Of a stretch of DNA of 64,000 nucleotides, positions 24,686 to 37,578 are shown in pieces. Under the pieces are notes generated by a model that saw only the letters and a program-made list of their open reading frames with translations, ran no database searches and was not told the origin of the DNA. This stretch comes from Squalus acanthias. Its lineage: Eukaryota. Location of the stretch: positions 102,116,001 to 102,180,000 of the forward strand of contig CM059432.1 of NCBI GenBank assembly GCA_030390025.1, given 5' to 3'. A program made the position numbers and the translations under genes. The first letter of the stretch is position 1. Each line of letters starts with the position of its first letter.

Positions 24686-27085
24686 AATGTTAAAACAAAC
24701 TTTGATACCTGCGGGATTTTTCAGAGAGTTAAGAACAATGTACAGTGAGCTCCTAATATCATTAAATCTGTTAGAAATGTACATTAGCCATCATAAGTCC
24801 ATGTGAATCAATTGCAGATAATTCCTTGATAAACCTACAATAATGTCATAATTGTCAGTCCTCTTACACAAATAGCAGCTGTCAAATGCAGTTGATATCC
24901 ACACCGGCTGTTGTTAATAGCAACAACAACTTAAAAACAGAATAAAAATCACTCCAACGTAAAATTAAGACAGTATAAATTACAAATGACAGATACTGGG
25001 AAGGAAGGATTTTATGGGATACTAGCTTTGTACAAGAACACCATAAAGGGTAGCCACTACTAGCCAGCATTCAATTACAAGTAATAGGTCATACATCACA
25101 AACCTGCTAGAATTCATTCAGCATGCAACTAAATTAATAAATGGAGCCATCCATTGGATACAATTCCCATGGATTTTGGAAGGCATTTGACAAGTGAAAG
25201 TTTTAAAGAAGATTATAGCTCATGCATTTAATGGTAAATTAGCCGGCCAGAACTGGCTTGGCAATTGAAAACTGTAAGCAATGATGAATGAAAAAAAAAA
25301 CTGTTTGAGGGACAGTGACTAGTGTGGTTTGAATGGAGTTTGTTCTTAAAACTCCTGCTGTTAAATGATATAAAAGGGAGAACGGCTGCCAAAATCAACA
25401 TTTGTTGATCATGCCAAGTCATTTGGCCAGTTGACTTTGATAACATTTAGAACGATCTGGAGAGGTTGATCGAATGAACTAAGGAACATGAGGGCAGATG
25501 TTCCTTCCCTCTCCCTCCACCTCCCCCCACCCAACCCCACCTCACCCCACTGTGGTGGTGGGTAGGAGCAATGCCTGCCAAACAGGCACTCCACTATAAC
25601 TCACCCTTTGTGGGAGGTTGGAATATAGGCTGACTCCTATGCTGTGCCAGTAGGTAAGTCAAGGCTGGTGTTGAGGTAGGGACGGGGGTGCGGTGGGGTG
25701 TGCGGTGGTGAGGGAGCAAATCTGGAGGCTCACGAACACGGGCTGGTATTGGGCTGCAGTATTTCTGTGCAGCACGGAGGAACACTCCTGCTCTGCCTGG
25801 CCCCACAAAAATAAAAGAATAAGAGGTTTGGGCCTCTTTTTTGGGGTGACTGGTTAAGCCGCTCACCGCCTGGTGCAAATTAACGGAGTAGGACAGTGCC
25901 CATCTGCACTTCACAATTACATTTGGGAATTCTACAACAGCATAGGATCCCAATTTGCACATTTAAACAGCCTCCCACCAGGTGGGTGTACCATGTGCCC
26001 ATTTACAGGCCCACCTGCAAATTGCATGAGTCGGGCCTTGGGTGTCCAAGGGGTAGCCGAGATTCACTCCCCTCCCACACAGATTGTCTTCTGCTGGTAA
26101 ACTGTTTCTAAGCAAGGAACAGACTGACAACAGTTGATTTAGATGAGAATGAACTTTGAATAGTCTGTTAATTGAGCCTTGAGGCAATACTGGGGATGAA
26201 TTTCCTTTGGGCTTCTCCCGCTTTGCTGCCATTACTTTGACAGAAATCCAGTTTACACATGTAAGCTGGGTTTCTGGCAAACTCTCGCTGAAGCTATGGC
26301 AGTGGAGTGGGAGAGGCACCAAGGGAATTCACCCGCAATATTGCCTCGAGGTCCAGTTGACAAACTATTCAAGATTCACTCTCATCTGAATCCTTTGATG
26401 AGATTGGTTCTCCACGTAATCATTCTAAGATGTAGGTCATTCTCCAGTAATTAAATTGTCTTCCAAATGAAAAGCTTAAACATTCCCAATGCAATTAGCT
26501 TTTTAGATTTGCTCCCCATACAGTAAAATTCCTGTGAAAACTGTATTAGGCGTAATTGAAAGAATTGATGCTTGCAGGATGGAGCTTTATCCACCAGAGG
26601 ACATAGCAAGAATTCAGGCATGTCTTCAGGATTTTCCATCTGGGAGTGTGCATCCAATTTCCCACTACATGCTCCCAGCAGGCAAATAGTCACACGGAAA
26701 CCTTAATTCATTAAATTATCCCTTATATGAATAGCGAAGAGGAGTTCTGAATGAATTTGGGTATATCTTGCTCTCATTCATAGAATGTTTTTATTGCAAT
26801 GCAATGGGGCTAAATTTATGTACTACAATATATATTTGGCTTTGCCAAGCTCAAAAACAAAGCACTCACCAGCTTAGAAGGAACAGTGTTTATGTACCTC
26901 CATCGCTTATCCACTTTGATTCTACTATCTGCTTTATTGCTCCTTCATTGTGGCCTGTTGCATGTACTTCCTAAAGGCTTGACTGGCTACTTTTATGTAT
27001 CAAAAGGTGCATTTTGTTCCTTTTTAGCATTCATTTCATTGGTTTCCTTCTGTGCAGTAAATTCATTCAATGCATATTGGTACAA

Positions 27086-28423
27086 GGAGAAAAAATTCAG
27101 TTGGTTAGCAGCTGGCGCTAACGGGACGCTCATCCAGTAGCATCGGGGCGAGGCGAATCCAACTCCGCATGGCAAATCTGGTCCCCCGTTGTGCCGCCGG
27201 TACAAGGTACCACCGGGGACTTCAACGCCAGGTGTGCAATGCTCATTGGCCGCCCGATCTGCAAAACTGATTTTCGTCACCTACCTTTGCGCCTCGACTA
27301 GACAGTGACAGGGAGAGGAGGCACAAAGTTGCAGGACACTGGCTCCAGGGATGTTATTTAAAGGCATCCGCATTAATCACTCACAGCTGTCAGGGCAGGT
27401 TAGTTTCAGTGGTTTCTACTCAGTTTCAGCTAGTGGATCACTTTGTATGAGTAATTTCAAGGTTCTTTTTTATCAGCAGTGTTCTGGCGAGTGCAAAGTG
27501 CTTACATTTCTTGTTCAAAGAATCAGACTGCTACACTTGGCAACATTAATGGGGGCTGTACTGGCGCCAGCTCACCCTCCAGGATCTACGATGGAGGGGG
27601 CGTAGGCAGCCAGAAATACGGGAACATGTGCGCAGAGGGATGAGGAGGGACATCAGCACTCTCACCAGGAGGCCTTAAACCCCAGATTCCTTTTGCTCAC
27701 CACTGCTCATCATACCATCCCTGTGTCATGCCATATCACAGCGTCCTCCTGGGCATAAAGGTGAAATGAGAGAGACCACAAAATATTGCAAACTCCATTA
27801 ATAAATTTATGCTTAAACTTATCACACAAATCACATTCATTCTAATAACTGATGACCCTTGTGCCTGCCATAGTTGAATAGCTGTCATTGTGTGCAAGGC
27901 ATGAGATGTGGGTGTGAGTGTTGGTAGGTCGAGATTGTTGGTGTGTGAGTGCTGGGGGTGTGGTGCTTTGGGCAGTGTGTGAAGTTTGTGGTACAGATGG
28001 TGGTATGTAGCATTTGTTGAAGCATTCAATCACCCTGACCACCCGACTGAGGTGGATCTGCCATGAGCACACCTGCTTCAGTCCTCCGGCTCCTTCTCCT
28101 TGTTGTGCTTCTCCTTGCTGAGGCAGCTGCACAGCCAGCAATGCTGAGAATGAGGTGCTGCAGTATCAATGAACCTCCCCTTTAAGTACTGGGAAAAGCC
28201 TGTAGCAATAATGAGTTGAGATTAGACTGCACCCGATATTGGTCCACCCTTTGAGTGTAACGCCACTGAGCTAAGCCTTTAAGACTTGATTTAGCGCCCC
28301 AATCATTTCTTTGAGCAGTGAGAATGAATCTTGCATGCAGTCTAAAGCATTAGTGCCTGGCACTAATTCTCAAACTTTTCTAAAGATACCGCCCATTCCT
28401 GGGCTATAATGAATTTCTAGCCC
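27086..28423 (-). mobile_element. Old internally deleted Harbinger element
   Basis: Left end AAAAATTCAGTTGGTT matches the reverse complement of the 53173 end; right end is GAATTTCTAGCCC. Transposase-start-like ATGGGGGCTG at 27549 (+) and a Myb exon-1 end remnant LSRVVRV at about 28030 (-). Confidence 0.55.
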
Positions 28424-29384
28424 AATGTCTTTAACTGAAGCTATCTACTTTAGTTCCATTTTACTCTCCTTTTCCATATTCTTTGCTAATATTCCTTCTC
28501 AAATATTTATCCAATTCCCTTTTAAACTAGGTTATAGTCTCTGGGGTAGAAATTGGTCCCTGTGGCTCATCAACATTGAATAGGGGGGCTGTCAGCAGTA
28601 CTCGCGCTGTTCATTGGCAGCTCACCTAATCAGGGGCCTGAAAATGATGGGTCCGTGATGCTATTTAAAGGTACCTCTTAAAGGGGAGGGAGCAGGCGAG
28701 CACAGGAGGCGGGAAGAGCCTACATCCATGTCCTGTCACCACTCAAGGAGGTGGTCCTGGACATTATGAGCAGAGGGGCGAGTCAGGCCTGTGGATGGAG
28801 GCTGCATCCTCCAGGGTTTTTGTGCATCTTACCCTCTTTTTCCCTTCTGACTCCAATATCACCCTACACACTGTGTGTTACCAAATATAGCCCCTGTTAC
28901 TGATTCACCAACCAATGGAAACAATCTTCCACTATTTATTTACTGTTACAGATTTCAACGGAGAAAAAAAATTGTATGATTTCAGAAGAGCCAGTAAAAG
29001 GCACATTCTGAATGAAAAATAAATAGAAATACAGGAAATAGCAATCTTATTGCAGTTATTTAGTCCCTCCCCTCTCCCTTTCAAATAGATGAAGATTTCA
29101 CTTTATAAACAGACAGAGATGATCAAATACTGAAGGGAACATGATTGTTTCTCTACTGCTGGATCAATGAAAATGTCAGCTGTAGAAAATAACTGCCCAG
29201 GCCTGAATAATGAAGGTGTTAAATTAGATAGGTATTCTGGAGTTTGGCTTGACTATCTCTAGGAGTCAAGAAGAATTTCTGCAGCAATATGCAGGACAGT
29301 TGTTGAGGAGCAAGTTCAAGCCACTATTGCTTTTTTTATAATTGCATGTTTTTATTTTAATTGAGAAACCAGTTTAAAAGTCAG

Positions 29385-32300
29385 CAACAGCAACTACAAC
29401 TTACATTTGTAGAGCACCTTTAACACAGATGTGTAAACAGATAAAAATGGTCACTGAGCCAAATAAGGAGATATTGCAAGGGGAACAAAAGTTTGAATAG
29501 AGACGTGGGTTTTAAGGAGGGCGTTAAAGGAGGGGAGATCGATGAAGAGGCAGAGAGATTTAGAAAGATAATTCCAGAGAGTAGGGCCTAGATGGCTGAA
29601 AGCATAGCTGTCAATGTTGGGGCAAAGGGGGTGGTGTGGGGGGGGGAGCGGGATTGCAAGAGATCAAAGTCGGTGGAATGAAGAGTTTGGGGGACGTTAT
29701 ACGGCTGGATAAACATCACAGAGATAAGAATTGGCAAGGCCATGAAGGATTTAAACATAAGGATGGAAATTTTAATTTGGAGGCGTTGGGGGACCGGAGC
29801 CAATGTAGGTCAGCAGGGACAGGGATGATGGGGTGAGCAGAACTTGATGCAGGATAGGATATGGGCAGGAGTGTTTGGGATGAGTTAAAGTTTACAGAGT
29901 ATGGCGGATAGGAGGCCGGTCAAGAGAGCATTGAAATAGTCGAATCTACAGATGACTAATGCATGGATGAGGTCTTCAATGGCAGATGGGCTGAGGCAGG
30001 AGCAGAGGCAGGTGATGTTACGCAAGTGGAAGTAGGTGGTCTTTGTGCTGGAGAGGATATGGGATTGGAAACTCAGCTCAGGGTCGAATAGGATGTAGAA
30101 GTTGTAAACAGTCTGGTTCAATCAGAGACACTGGCCAAGGAAGGAGGAAGAATTGGTGGAAAAGTTTGTGGCAGGAGCCGAAAACATTGGCTTGAGTGTT
30201 CCCAGTGTTTAACTGGAGGAAATTGCGGCTGCATGCAGGACAAGCAGACTGATAACACAGAGGCAATGCAGAGGTCGTGAGAGGTGGTGGAGAGGTTGAG
30301 CTGGGTATTGTCAGCATACATGTGGAAGCTGACCTCATGTCTTTTGATGATGTCGCCAAAGAGCAACATGTCAATGAGAAAGAAGAGGGGGCCAAGTATA
30401 GATTCTTGGGGAACTCCAGAGATAACAGTGCAGGGCAGGAAGAGAAGCCATTGCAGGAAAAGCTCTGGCTGTGATTGATTAGGTAAGAGTGGAACCAAGT
30501 GAGGGTGGTTCAACTGAACCGGGCAATGGAAGAGAGGTGTTGTAGGAGGATGGTGTGGTCAACCATGACAAAGGCTGCAGAGAGGTCAAAGAGGATAAGA
30601 ATGGATAGTACACAACAGTCACAGTCACAGAAGAGGTTATTTATGAACTTTGTTAGGGTTGTTTCAGTGCTGTGACAGGGGTCAGAAACCTGATTGAAAA
30701 TATTCAAACATAGAATTGTGGGAAAGGTGGATTTGGGAGGTGTCAGAATGATCAAGGACTTTGGAAAGGAAAGATAAATTGAAAATGGGATGGTAGTTTG
30801 TAAGGGCAGAGAGGTCGAGTGTGATGACAGCAGTTTTGAAAGAGGAAGGGCAGTATCTGAGGAGAGGAATCTGTTCACAGTGAGAGCTACCATAAGGTTA
30901 GGAAGGGATGTTAGGTGGTCAGTAATTTTGGAAATGGGATCAAGGGAGCAGCTGGTTGGTCTCATGGACTAGATGAGCTTGGAGTGGGTACGAAGGCCGA
31001 TAGGAGGGGAATGAGAGAAAGATATGGGTTCAGGGCTAGGGTAGAGGGAGGTTTGGCGTGGTGGTTAAAGGGAAGGGGGGAAGCAGCAAAGGCAGTTGAA
31101 CAGATGGTCTCAATCTTAGTGACAAAGCAGTCCATGAGCTCTTTCCACTGTTAGAGGACAGGGGAGAGGACTGTAAGGAGATAGTTGGGAGTGGAGAAAA
31201 GAAATTATGTGTTATCTCTACTCTCCAGGGTGATCCTGGAGTAGTGGGTAGTTTTGACAGAGGAGAGTGAGACCCAAGAGGACTAGATGTGACCCAACTA
31301 GATTTGGTGATGGTTGGCGAAACCAGTTATGCACCTGATATGCTCAAGTATCCATCCCTTGTACTTGATGGAGTGAAGATGGGGGCCTTACCAAGAGGCA
31401 CGATCAGGATGGGAGAGAGTAAATATTCTACCAGAGACAAGGGAGTTAAAGGTAGAGGAGAGGGAATGGTTGAGCAGATCAGAAGTATCGTGGCAAATGT
31501 AAAGGCACAGGCTAGAAATTTGGGAGTTTGAAAGTGCAGTTGTAAGTGACTTGGGAGAGAATTCTATCTGGGGGGTGTGAGTGGCGAGGGATATAAAAAA
31601 TTGGTCAGAGATGGCTTTGTCCATCATCAAGACCATTAGAGTAGAGAGGTCATGTGAAAAGGCAAGGTCAAAAGAATGTCTGCAAATATAGGTAGAAATG
31701 TTTATATGGAGGGAGAGGTTTAGAGAGATCCATGAAATCAGAGGAGGGGGCAGATGATTTGAGATGGAGATTGAAGTCACCAAGGATGAAGTTTTACTCA
31801 GTGCAGAAGCTGAGGGAAGAAAGGAAGGATATTTTAGTGAGAAATTTGAGGTGAGCTTGGAGGGGTGGCAGAGAATGGTGATTTTAAAGGAGAGGTGAAA
31901 GGGGTGGAACAAGGTGAAGTGCTTGGAGATGGAGAAGATACAAGAGGAGTTATATGTGGCATCTTGGGCAGGGCAGGTGGTGGCCTGACAGGAAGAGTTC
32001 AATAAGGGACATGCTGGGATAAGACGGTTGTCTTAAGAGGAGAGATTGAGTAGAATGGGCCTATATTCTCTGGAGTTTAGAAGAATGAGAAGTAATCTCA
32101 TTGAAAAGTATAAAATTCTTACAGGCTTGACAGGGTAGATGCTGAGAGGCTATTTCCCCTAGCTGGAGAGTCTAGAACTAGAGGTCTCAGGATAAGGGGT
32201 CGGCCATTTAGGGCTGAGATGAGGAGAAATTTCTTCACTCAGAGGGTTGTGAATCTTTGGAATTCTCCACCCTAGAAGGCTATGGCTGCTCAGTCATTGA

Positions 32301-32580
32301 GTATATTCTAGACTGAGATCGCTAGATTCTTGGACACTAAGAGAATTAAGGGATATGGGGATAGGGTGGGAAAGTGGAGTTGATGTAGAAGTTAAGCCAT
32401 TATCTTATTGAATGGCAGAGCAGGTTCGAGGGATCGTATGGCTTACTCCTGCTCCTATTTCTTATATTCTTATGTTCTTATGCTGTTGCCACCCATAAGC
32501 CAAGTTTCCATCACAGCCAGAATGTCAATGCAGTCATCCACAATAAGGTTGTAAATTGCAAGGGCCATAGCTCAGGACAT
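29385..32580 (-). mobile_element. Old L2 LINE (endonuclease plus RT remnants), interrupted by a CR1 fragment
   Basis: Degenerate LFDLSAAF, SGVPQESILGP, HMYADNTQL and RFDYFNALL motifs. The endonuclease N-terminus (DILAVMETWL) resumes at about 32485-32570 after the CR1 insert. Confidence 0.85.
32005..32482 (+). mobile_element. CR1 LINE 3' fragment
   Basis: Matches 3400-3861 (GLYSLEFRRMR region, 3' UTR and TCTTATG tail). Confidence 0.9.
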
Positions 32581-33219
32581 CAAATTTGAAAGATTAAAAA
32601 AGATGAAGTAAATTAGGAAGTACTGATTGCTTTGCTAGTTTTTTAAATGCCATGAAGATGAGGGTTGAGATACTCAGAAAGAATGAAATAGTTGAAATAG
32701 GAGACAAGTATGAGGGAAGAAGAGAATATAGGATAATGTATTTGGTGCTTAGTCAGAAAAAAAGAAAACTAAAGGAGGAAAAATGACCATTGATGAAACA
32801 AAGAGACAATATGTGCTATACATCCTTTAATATTTATATATATATATCTATATCTCAAAGGGAATGCAGGAAAATGTATTTGAAGAACCTCCCCATATAT
32901 GGGAGAAGTATTCAAGTCATGAATGGACTTCTGCTTTATAGAGTTGAGTTGTTCTGGAATGGAAGAGGAGATCAAGCTTCTTAGAGGTAACTTTAGCAAT
33001 GGCAGAGGAGATGTGGGAGTTCCATTTTACACGAGATGAGATAGTGAGATCAAGATAGTCAATGGATGAAGAAAGACGAAGTTTGGAGCCATCAAAAGAT
33101 AAGAGGTGGTAGATGTTATTTGCACTCAAGAGCCATGATGAAACAGTGAATGGAAAATATTATACAATGCCTTTTTTACTTATTTGTACTTCCAGCAGAC
33201 AAAGCTAAGCGTCAGCATG

Positions 33220-33570
33220 AAAATTCACTCATTTGCTCACCCATTACTCCTATCTTTGCTGACCTGCATTGGCTCCCAATGCCCCAATGCCTCAAATTTA
33301 AAACTCTGATCCTCATATTTAAATCAATCCATAGCTTCAGCCACTTAGGCCCTATTCTCTCTCTAAACCCCCATGTCTCGCCACCTCCCTCTCTTCTTTT
33401 AACATCCTCCTGAAAACCCATCTCTTTGGCCAAGCTTTTGGTCACCCTTCCTAAAATCTCCTTTGTCTCATCATCCATTTTTTTCCCCCTTACATCTTTG
33501 TGAAACACCTTGGGACATTTTTCTGTTAAATGTGTTAAATATAATAATATATAAATACAATTTCTTGAAT
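33220..33570 (+). mobile_element. L2 3' fragment
   Basis: SPITPIFADLHWLPMPQCLKFK motif and L2 tail. Confidence 0.75.
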
Positions 33571-34169
33571 TGAAACAAGATTTTGGTTGCTTCAGCAAAG
33601 GCATGAAGAAGTTTAAAAATATGACAACTTAGTCATTGTACTGTGAAAGGATTGGAAGTTCTGTGCACTGAGGGAATGCAATATGATGGAAGTCGATTAA
33701 TTTACAGTGAAGTCATTAATGAAGCATGCATAGGGTTGAGTGGATGAGGTCATTCTTATATCAGCAGCAAGGAAATTCAAAGGTTAAATGGGCAGGGGAA
33801 TTAACTTTTATAATTACTCTTTTGTAATTCTTTGTTCAATGAAACACTAACATTTAGGTTTTAATATAATTCTGTGGATTTCTATTTCTTTTTCATAGTT
33901 TTATTCTTCGATATCACAAATGTTATCATACTCTCAATATGATCTATATTAGTCTATATTATTTAATTATAATGTATGATACATACATTCAAATTGGACC
34001 ATATGCATAGGTGGGAAGATAAGAGTGGCTGAATTTAAATTGTGAAAACAAATGAAGACCATACAACACCAAGACATACTTCAGATTCACCTTTGCGTTG
34101 TTTAAACTGTAGTAACGGAAGCATAGAAACAACCAAAAATTACTTTCTGATTTAATGGCCTGACCCTGA

Positions 34170-35652
34170 CCCCAGATTAAAGGTGTTGCTATGGGAACCC
34201 GCATGGGTCCTAGCTATGTCCGCCTTTTCGTGGGATATGTGGAACATTCTTTGTTCCAGTCCAACTCAGGTCCCCTCCCTCACCTCTTTTTCGTACATTG
34301 ATGACTGTATCGGTGCCATTTCCTGCTCTCACCCTAAACTAGAACATTTTATTCACTTTCTTCCAATTTCCACCCTTCCCTCACTTTCACATGGTCCATC
34401 TTCAACTCTTCCCGTCCCTTCCTCGACTTCTCTGTCTCCATTTCTGGGGATAGGCTATCAACAAACATCCACTTTCAGCCCACTGACTCCCACAGCTACC
34501 TGGACTACACTTCCTCCCATCCCGCTTCCTGTAAGGACTCTATCCCATCCTCCCAGTTTCTCCGTCTCCATCACCTCTGTTCTGACGATGCCACCTTCCA
34601 TACTAGTGCTTCCGATATGTCTTCCCTTCTCCTCAACCGAGGATTCCCCTCTACCGTGGTTGACATGGCCCTCAACCGTGTCCGTTCCAATTCTCGCACT
34701 TCTGCTCTCACCCCTTCTCCCTCCCTTCCAGAACCAGATAGGGTTCCCCTTGTCCTCACCTTTCACCCCACCAGCCTCCACATTCAAAGTATTATCCTAC
34801 ACCATTTCCGCCATCTCCAACGTGATCTCACCACCAAACACATCTTCCCCTCCCCTCCTCTTTCAGCATTTTGAAGGGACCACTCCACTCCTCAATCACC
34901 CCCAACAACTCTCCCCTTCCCGCGGCACCTTCCCGTGCAAGCACAGGAGATGCAACACCTGCCCTTTTACCTCCTCTATTCCCACTGTCCAGGGCCCCAA
35001 ACAGCGATTTACTGGTACTTCTTGCAATTTAGTATACTGTATTTGCTGCTCGCGATGTGGTCTCCTCTACATTGGGGAGACCAAATGCAGATTGGGTGAT
35101 CACTTTGCGAAACACCTCCGTTCAGTGCGCAAGCATGACCACGAGCTTCCGTTCACCTGTCACTTTAATTCTCTGCTCCACTCCCACTCTGACCTCTCTG
35201 TCCTCGGCCTCTGACACTGTTCCAATGAAACTCAATGTACGCTCGAGGAACAGCACCTCATCTTTCGATTAAGCACTTTACAGCCTTCTGGACTTGATAT
35301 CGAATTCAACAATTTCAAACCTCTGCCCCTATTTTTTCAGATGGCAGCTGTTGATGATTCTGCTGTACTCATTTACACCTCTTCTAGACCCATCTTTTGT
35401 TTCTTTACTTGTCCCATTACCATCTCCTTGTGCTTTGTACAATTATACTTTTTGTCATTTAATCTTTCCTGCCTTCCATCCTATCACAGACCTTCCCTTT
35501 TGTTCATTCCTCCCCTCCCCCCTTTCTCTGCCCTTGCACTTACTTAAAGCCTGTTACATCTCCAACTTTTTCCAGTTCTGACGAAAGGTCATCGACCTGA
35601 AATGTTAACTCTGTTTCTCTCTCCACAGAAGCTGCTTGACCTGCTGAGTATA
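34170..35652 (+). mobile_element. Penelope-like retroelement (RT plus GIY-YIG endonuclease), 5'-truncated and decayed
   Basis: KGVAMGTRMGPSY and YIDD RT motifs. Cys-containing linker CKHRRCNTC. GIY-YIG-like NLVYCICCSRCGLLYIGETKCRLGDHFAKH. The terminal segment recurs at 12588 and 47466. Confidence 0.9.
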
Positions 35653-35769
35653 TCCTAGATTATTTTCCAAGGTCAGCTTATTTGTATCTGTTAAGAATGG
35701 ATGTGGCAGGCCTCAGGTGCCTGTCATAATGTGGGGTGATCGGTGGCCTGGGGGCTGCCCCAAACTTAT

Positions 35770-37578
35770 AGGTCACAAAATTGGGAGCTGTAGTGCTGGC
35801 CATGAAGGCCAGTTTTGCTGAAAAAATGGCGACCGCCTCGCTTCCGCCCACTTACAACGCGGAACACAGCGGCCGCCATTTTGGGCATTTTAGCAGCGCT
35901 GCCGTTGCCTGCACTCGCTGGCCACATTTAAATGACATTAATCATGACATTAATTGCCATGCAACGCCTGAATTGATGCAGAATCTGTGATTTTGGATGT
36001 CACCTCTCTTGATACCACCCTCTCCAAACCACGCATGGAAGATCGTGCATGCAACACTACAACAGAGGTGCTGCCGGTGCTTTTTAAAGGGACACACACA
36101 TATTTCAGGTAAGTTTAAATTTTAAAAGTTGTTAAAATGTGCAGGGAGTGCTGCTGGATGTTTGCAAGGCTTTGGCTGTTGGAGGAAGGCCTCTGAGAAC
36201 ACCACTTGCTCCCAGTCCTGGGGGCTCTAGTTGCAGTCCCTCTTGGGCTGCAACTTCAGATGGAGATGAAGCAGAGGCAGCAAAAGGGACAAGCTGCTCG
36301 CAGAGGGAGGAGGAAGAAACAGAAGTGGAGGAAGCAGAAGAGGAGGCAACTCAGACAGCCCCTTTCCTGCCATGATATCCGGGATTGAATTATCCGTCTG
36401 CGATACCAGTGAACACAACCCCAACTCCCCTTTCAACGTTCGTCCCACACCTTTCCTTCCCTCTGGTACTGACAATCACAGTGTCCTCTGGCCACAATAA
36501 TGTAGTAAAAGCTAACACAAAGCAAACTTTCCAATCCAACTTTATCCATATATGCATCCCACATTACATCAAAAAATCAACTAATCACCCTTGTGCATTC
36601 CCTTAGTGAGTGTCTTGCATTTGCCTTTGCCTATCCTAGTGATGTCACGTAGTGCTACTCCAGTGGCTGCAGCATGGCTGGTGGAAGGCTGCTGACTTCT
36701 AGTGGGGGACACTGCAGATGGCTTTGCAGGACGACCCCGAGGAGCTGGAGGCTGGGAGTGTCAAATCGAGTGACAGTGTTTCTTCTTCTTCTTCTTCTTC
36801 ACTCTCCTCTCCCTCTTCTTGGTCAACCACTGGCTGGGCAGGTTAGATTTCTTGGGTGTGTGAAATGAGGAAGCACAAGGGTGGAGTTGTGGTGAGGGGA
36901 GGGGCGTAAAGCAAGAGCTGCATGATTACACCATGTGCACCTTGTAAATTGCTTTTGAAGATGCATTCACTGACTTTGACCATTTGTCTGAGATCATGAA
37001 ACTTCTTTGGGCACTGGAGGCAGGTCCTGGGGGGCGACACTGCTGGTCGTGATGACCTCGGTGATTTGATACCTTATCTTTCTTTCTGGAGGGCCTCCTT
37101 GCCCACTGTGGGTAGAGGACCTCTCTTCCAATGGTGACCCCTTGCTCAAAGCTGGAGTGCTGCGTGCGAGACCCTAGGTGCCCTTTCCTTTGCCTGTTGA
37201 GTCATTTGTGTTAGTGCTGAAGCACTTTTAGCATGTTTTACGTGCAGAAGGCAGTTCAGCTTTGAGAGCTGCAGACTGCCTAGTGCTGAAGGATTTTTAT
37301 TTTTTATTTTTGCAGAAAGTGGTTCAGCTTTAAGAGCTAGAGACTGCCTTGAAAAGGAACAGGCTAGCTTTAAGTAAAGCCAGCCTCGCTCCAGCGATGC
37401 AAACTTGGGCACCCTGCTGATCGCACAGCCTGTCAGCTGCGCATTAATTGCTCGGCTGTGTGCTACAATCAGCTGGCAGCACCAAATTGACACGCTACCT
37501 GCACTTTCTGGATGGGCGCGGGCATATCTCGCATCGAGGTGCCTCCGCCCGTTTTCGGGTCTTATCAAATTTCACCCC
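35770..37578 (-). mobile_element. Internally deleted Harbinger element
   Basis: Right TIR-like AAATTTCACCCC. Minus-strand Myb remnants MTQQAKERAPRVS and CLQCPKKFHDLRQMVKV. Acidic transposase-tail-like EEEETEVEEAEEE on + at about 36305-36345. Left end approximate. Confidence 0.6.

Noticed and set aside
34183..35214. 343-aa ORF as an intact gene
   Set aside because: It is a mosaic of in-frame and out-of-frame parts of a frameshifted Penelope ORF.
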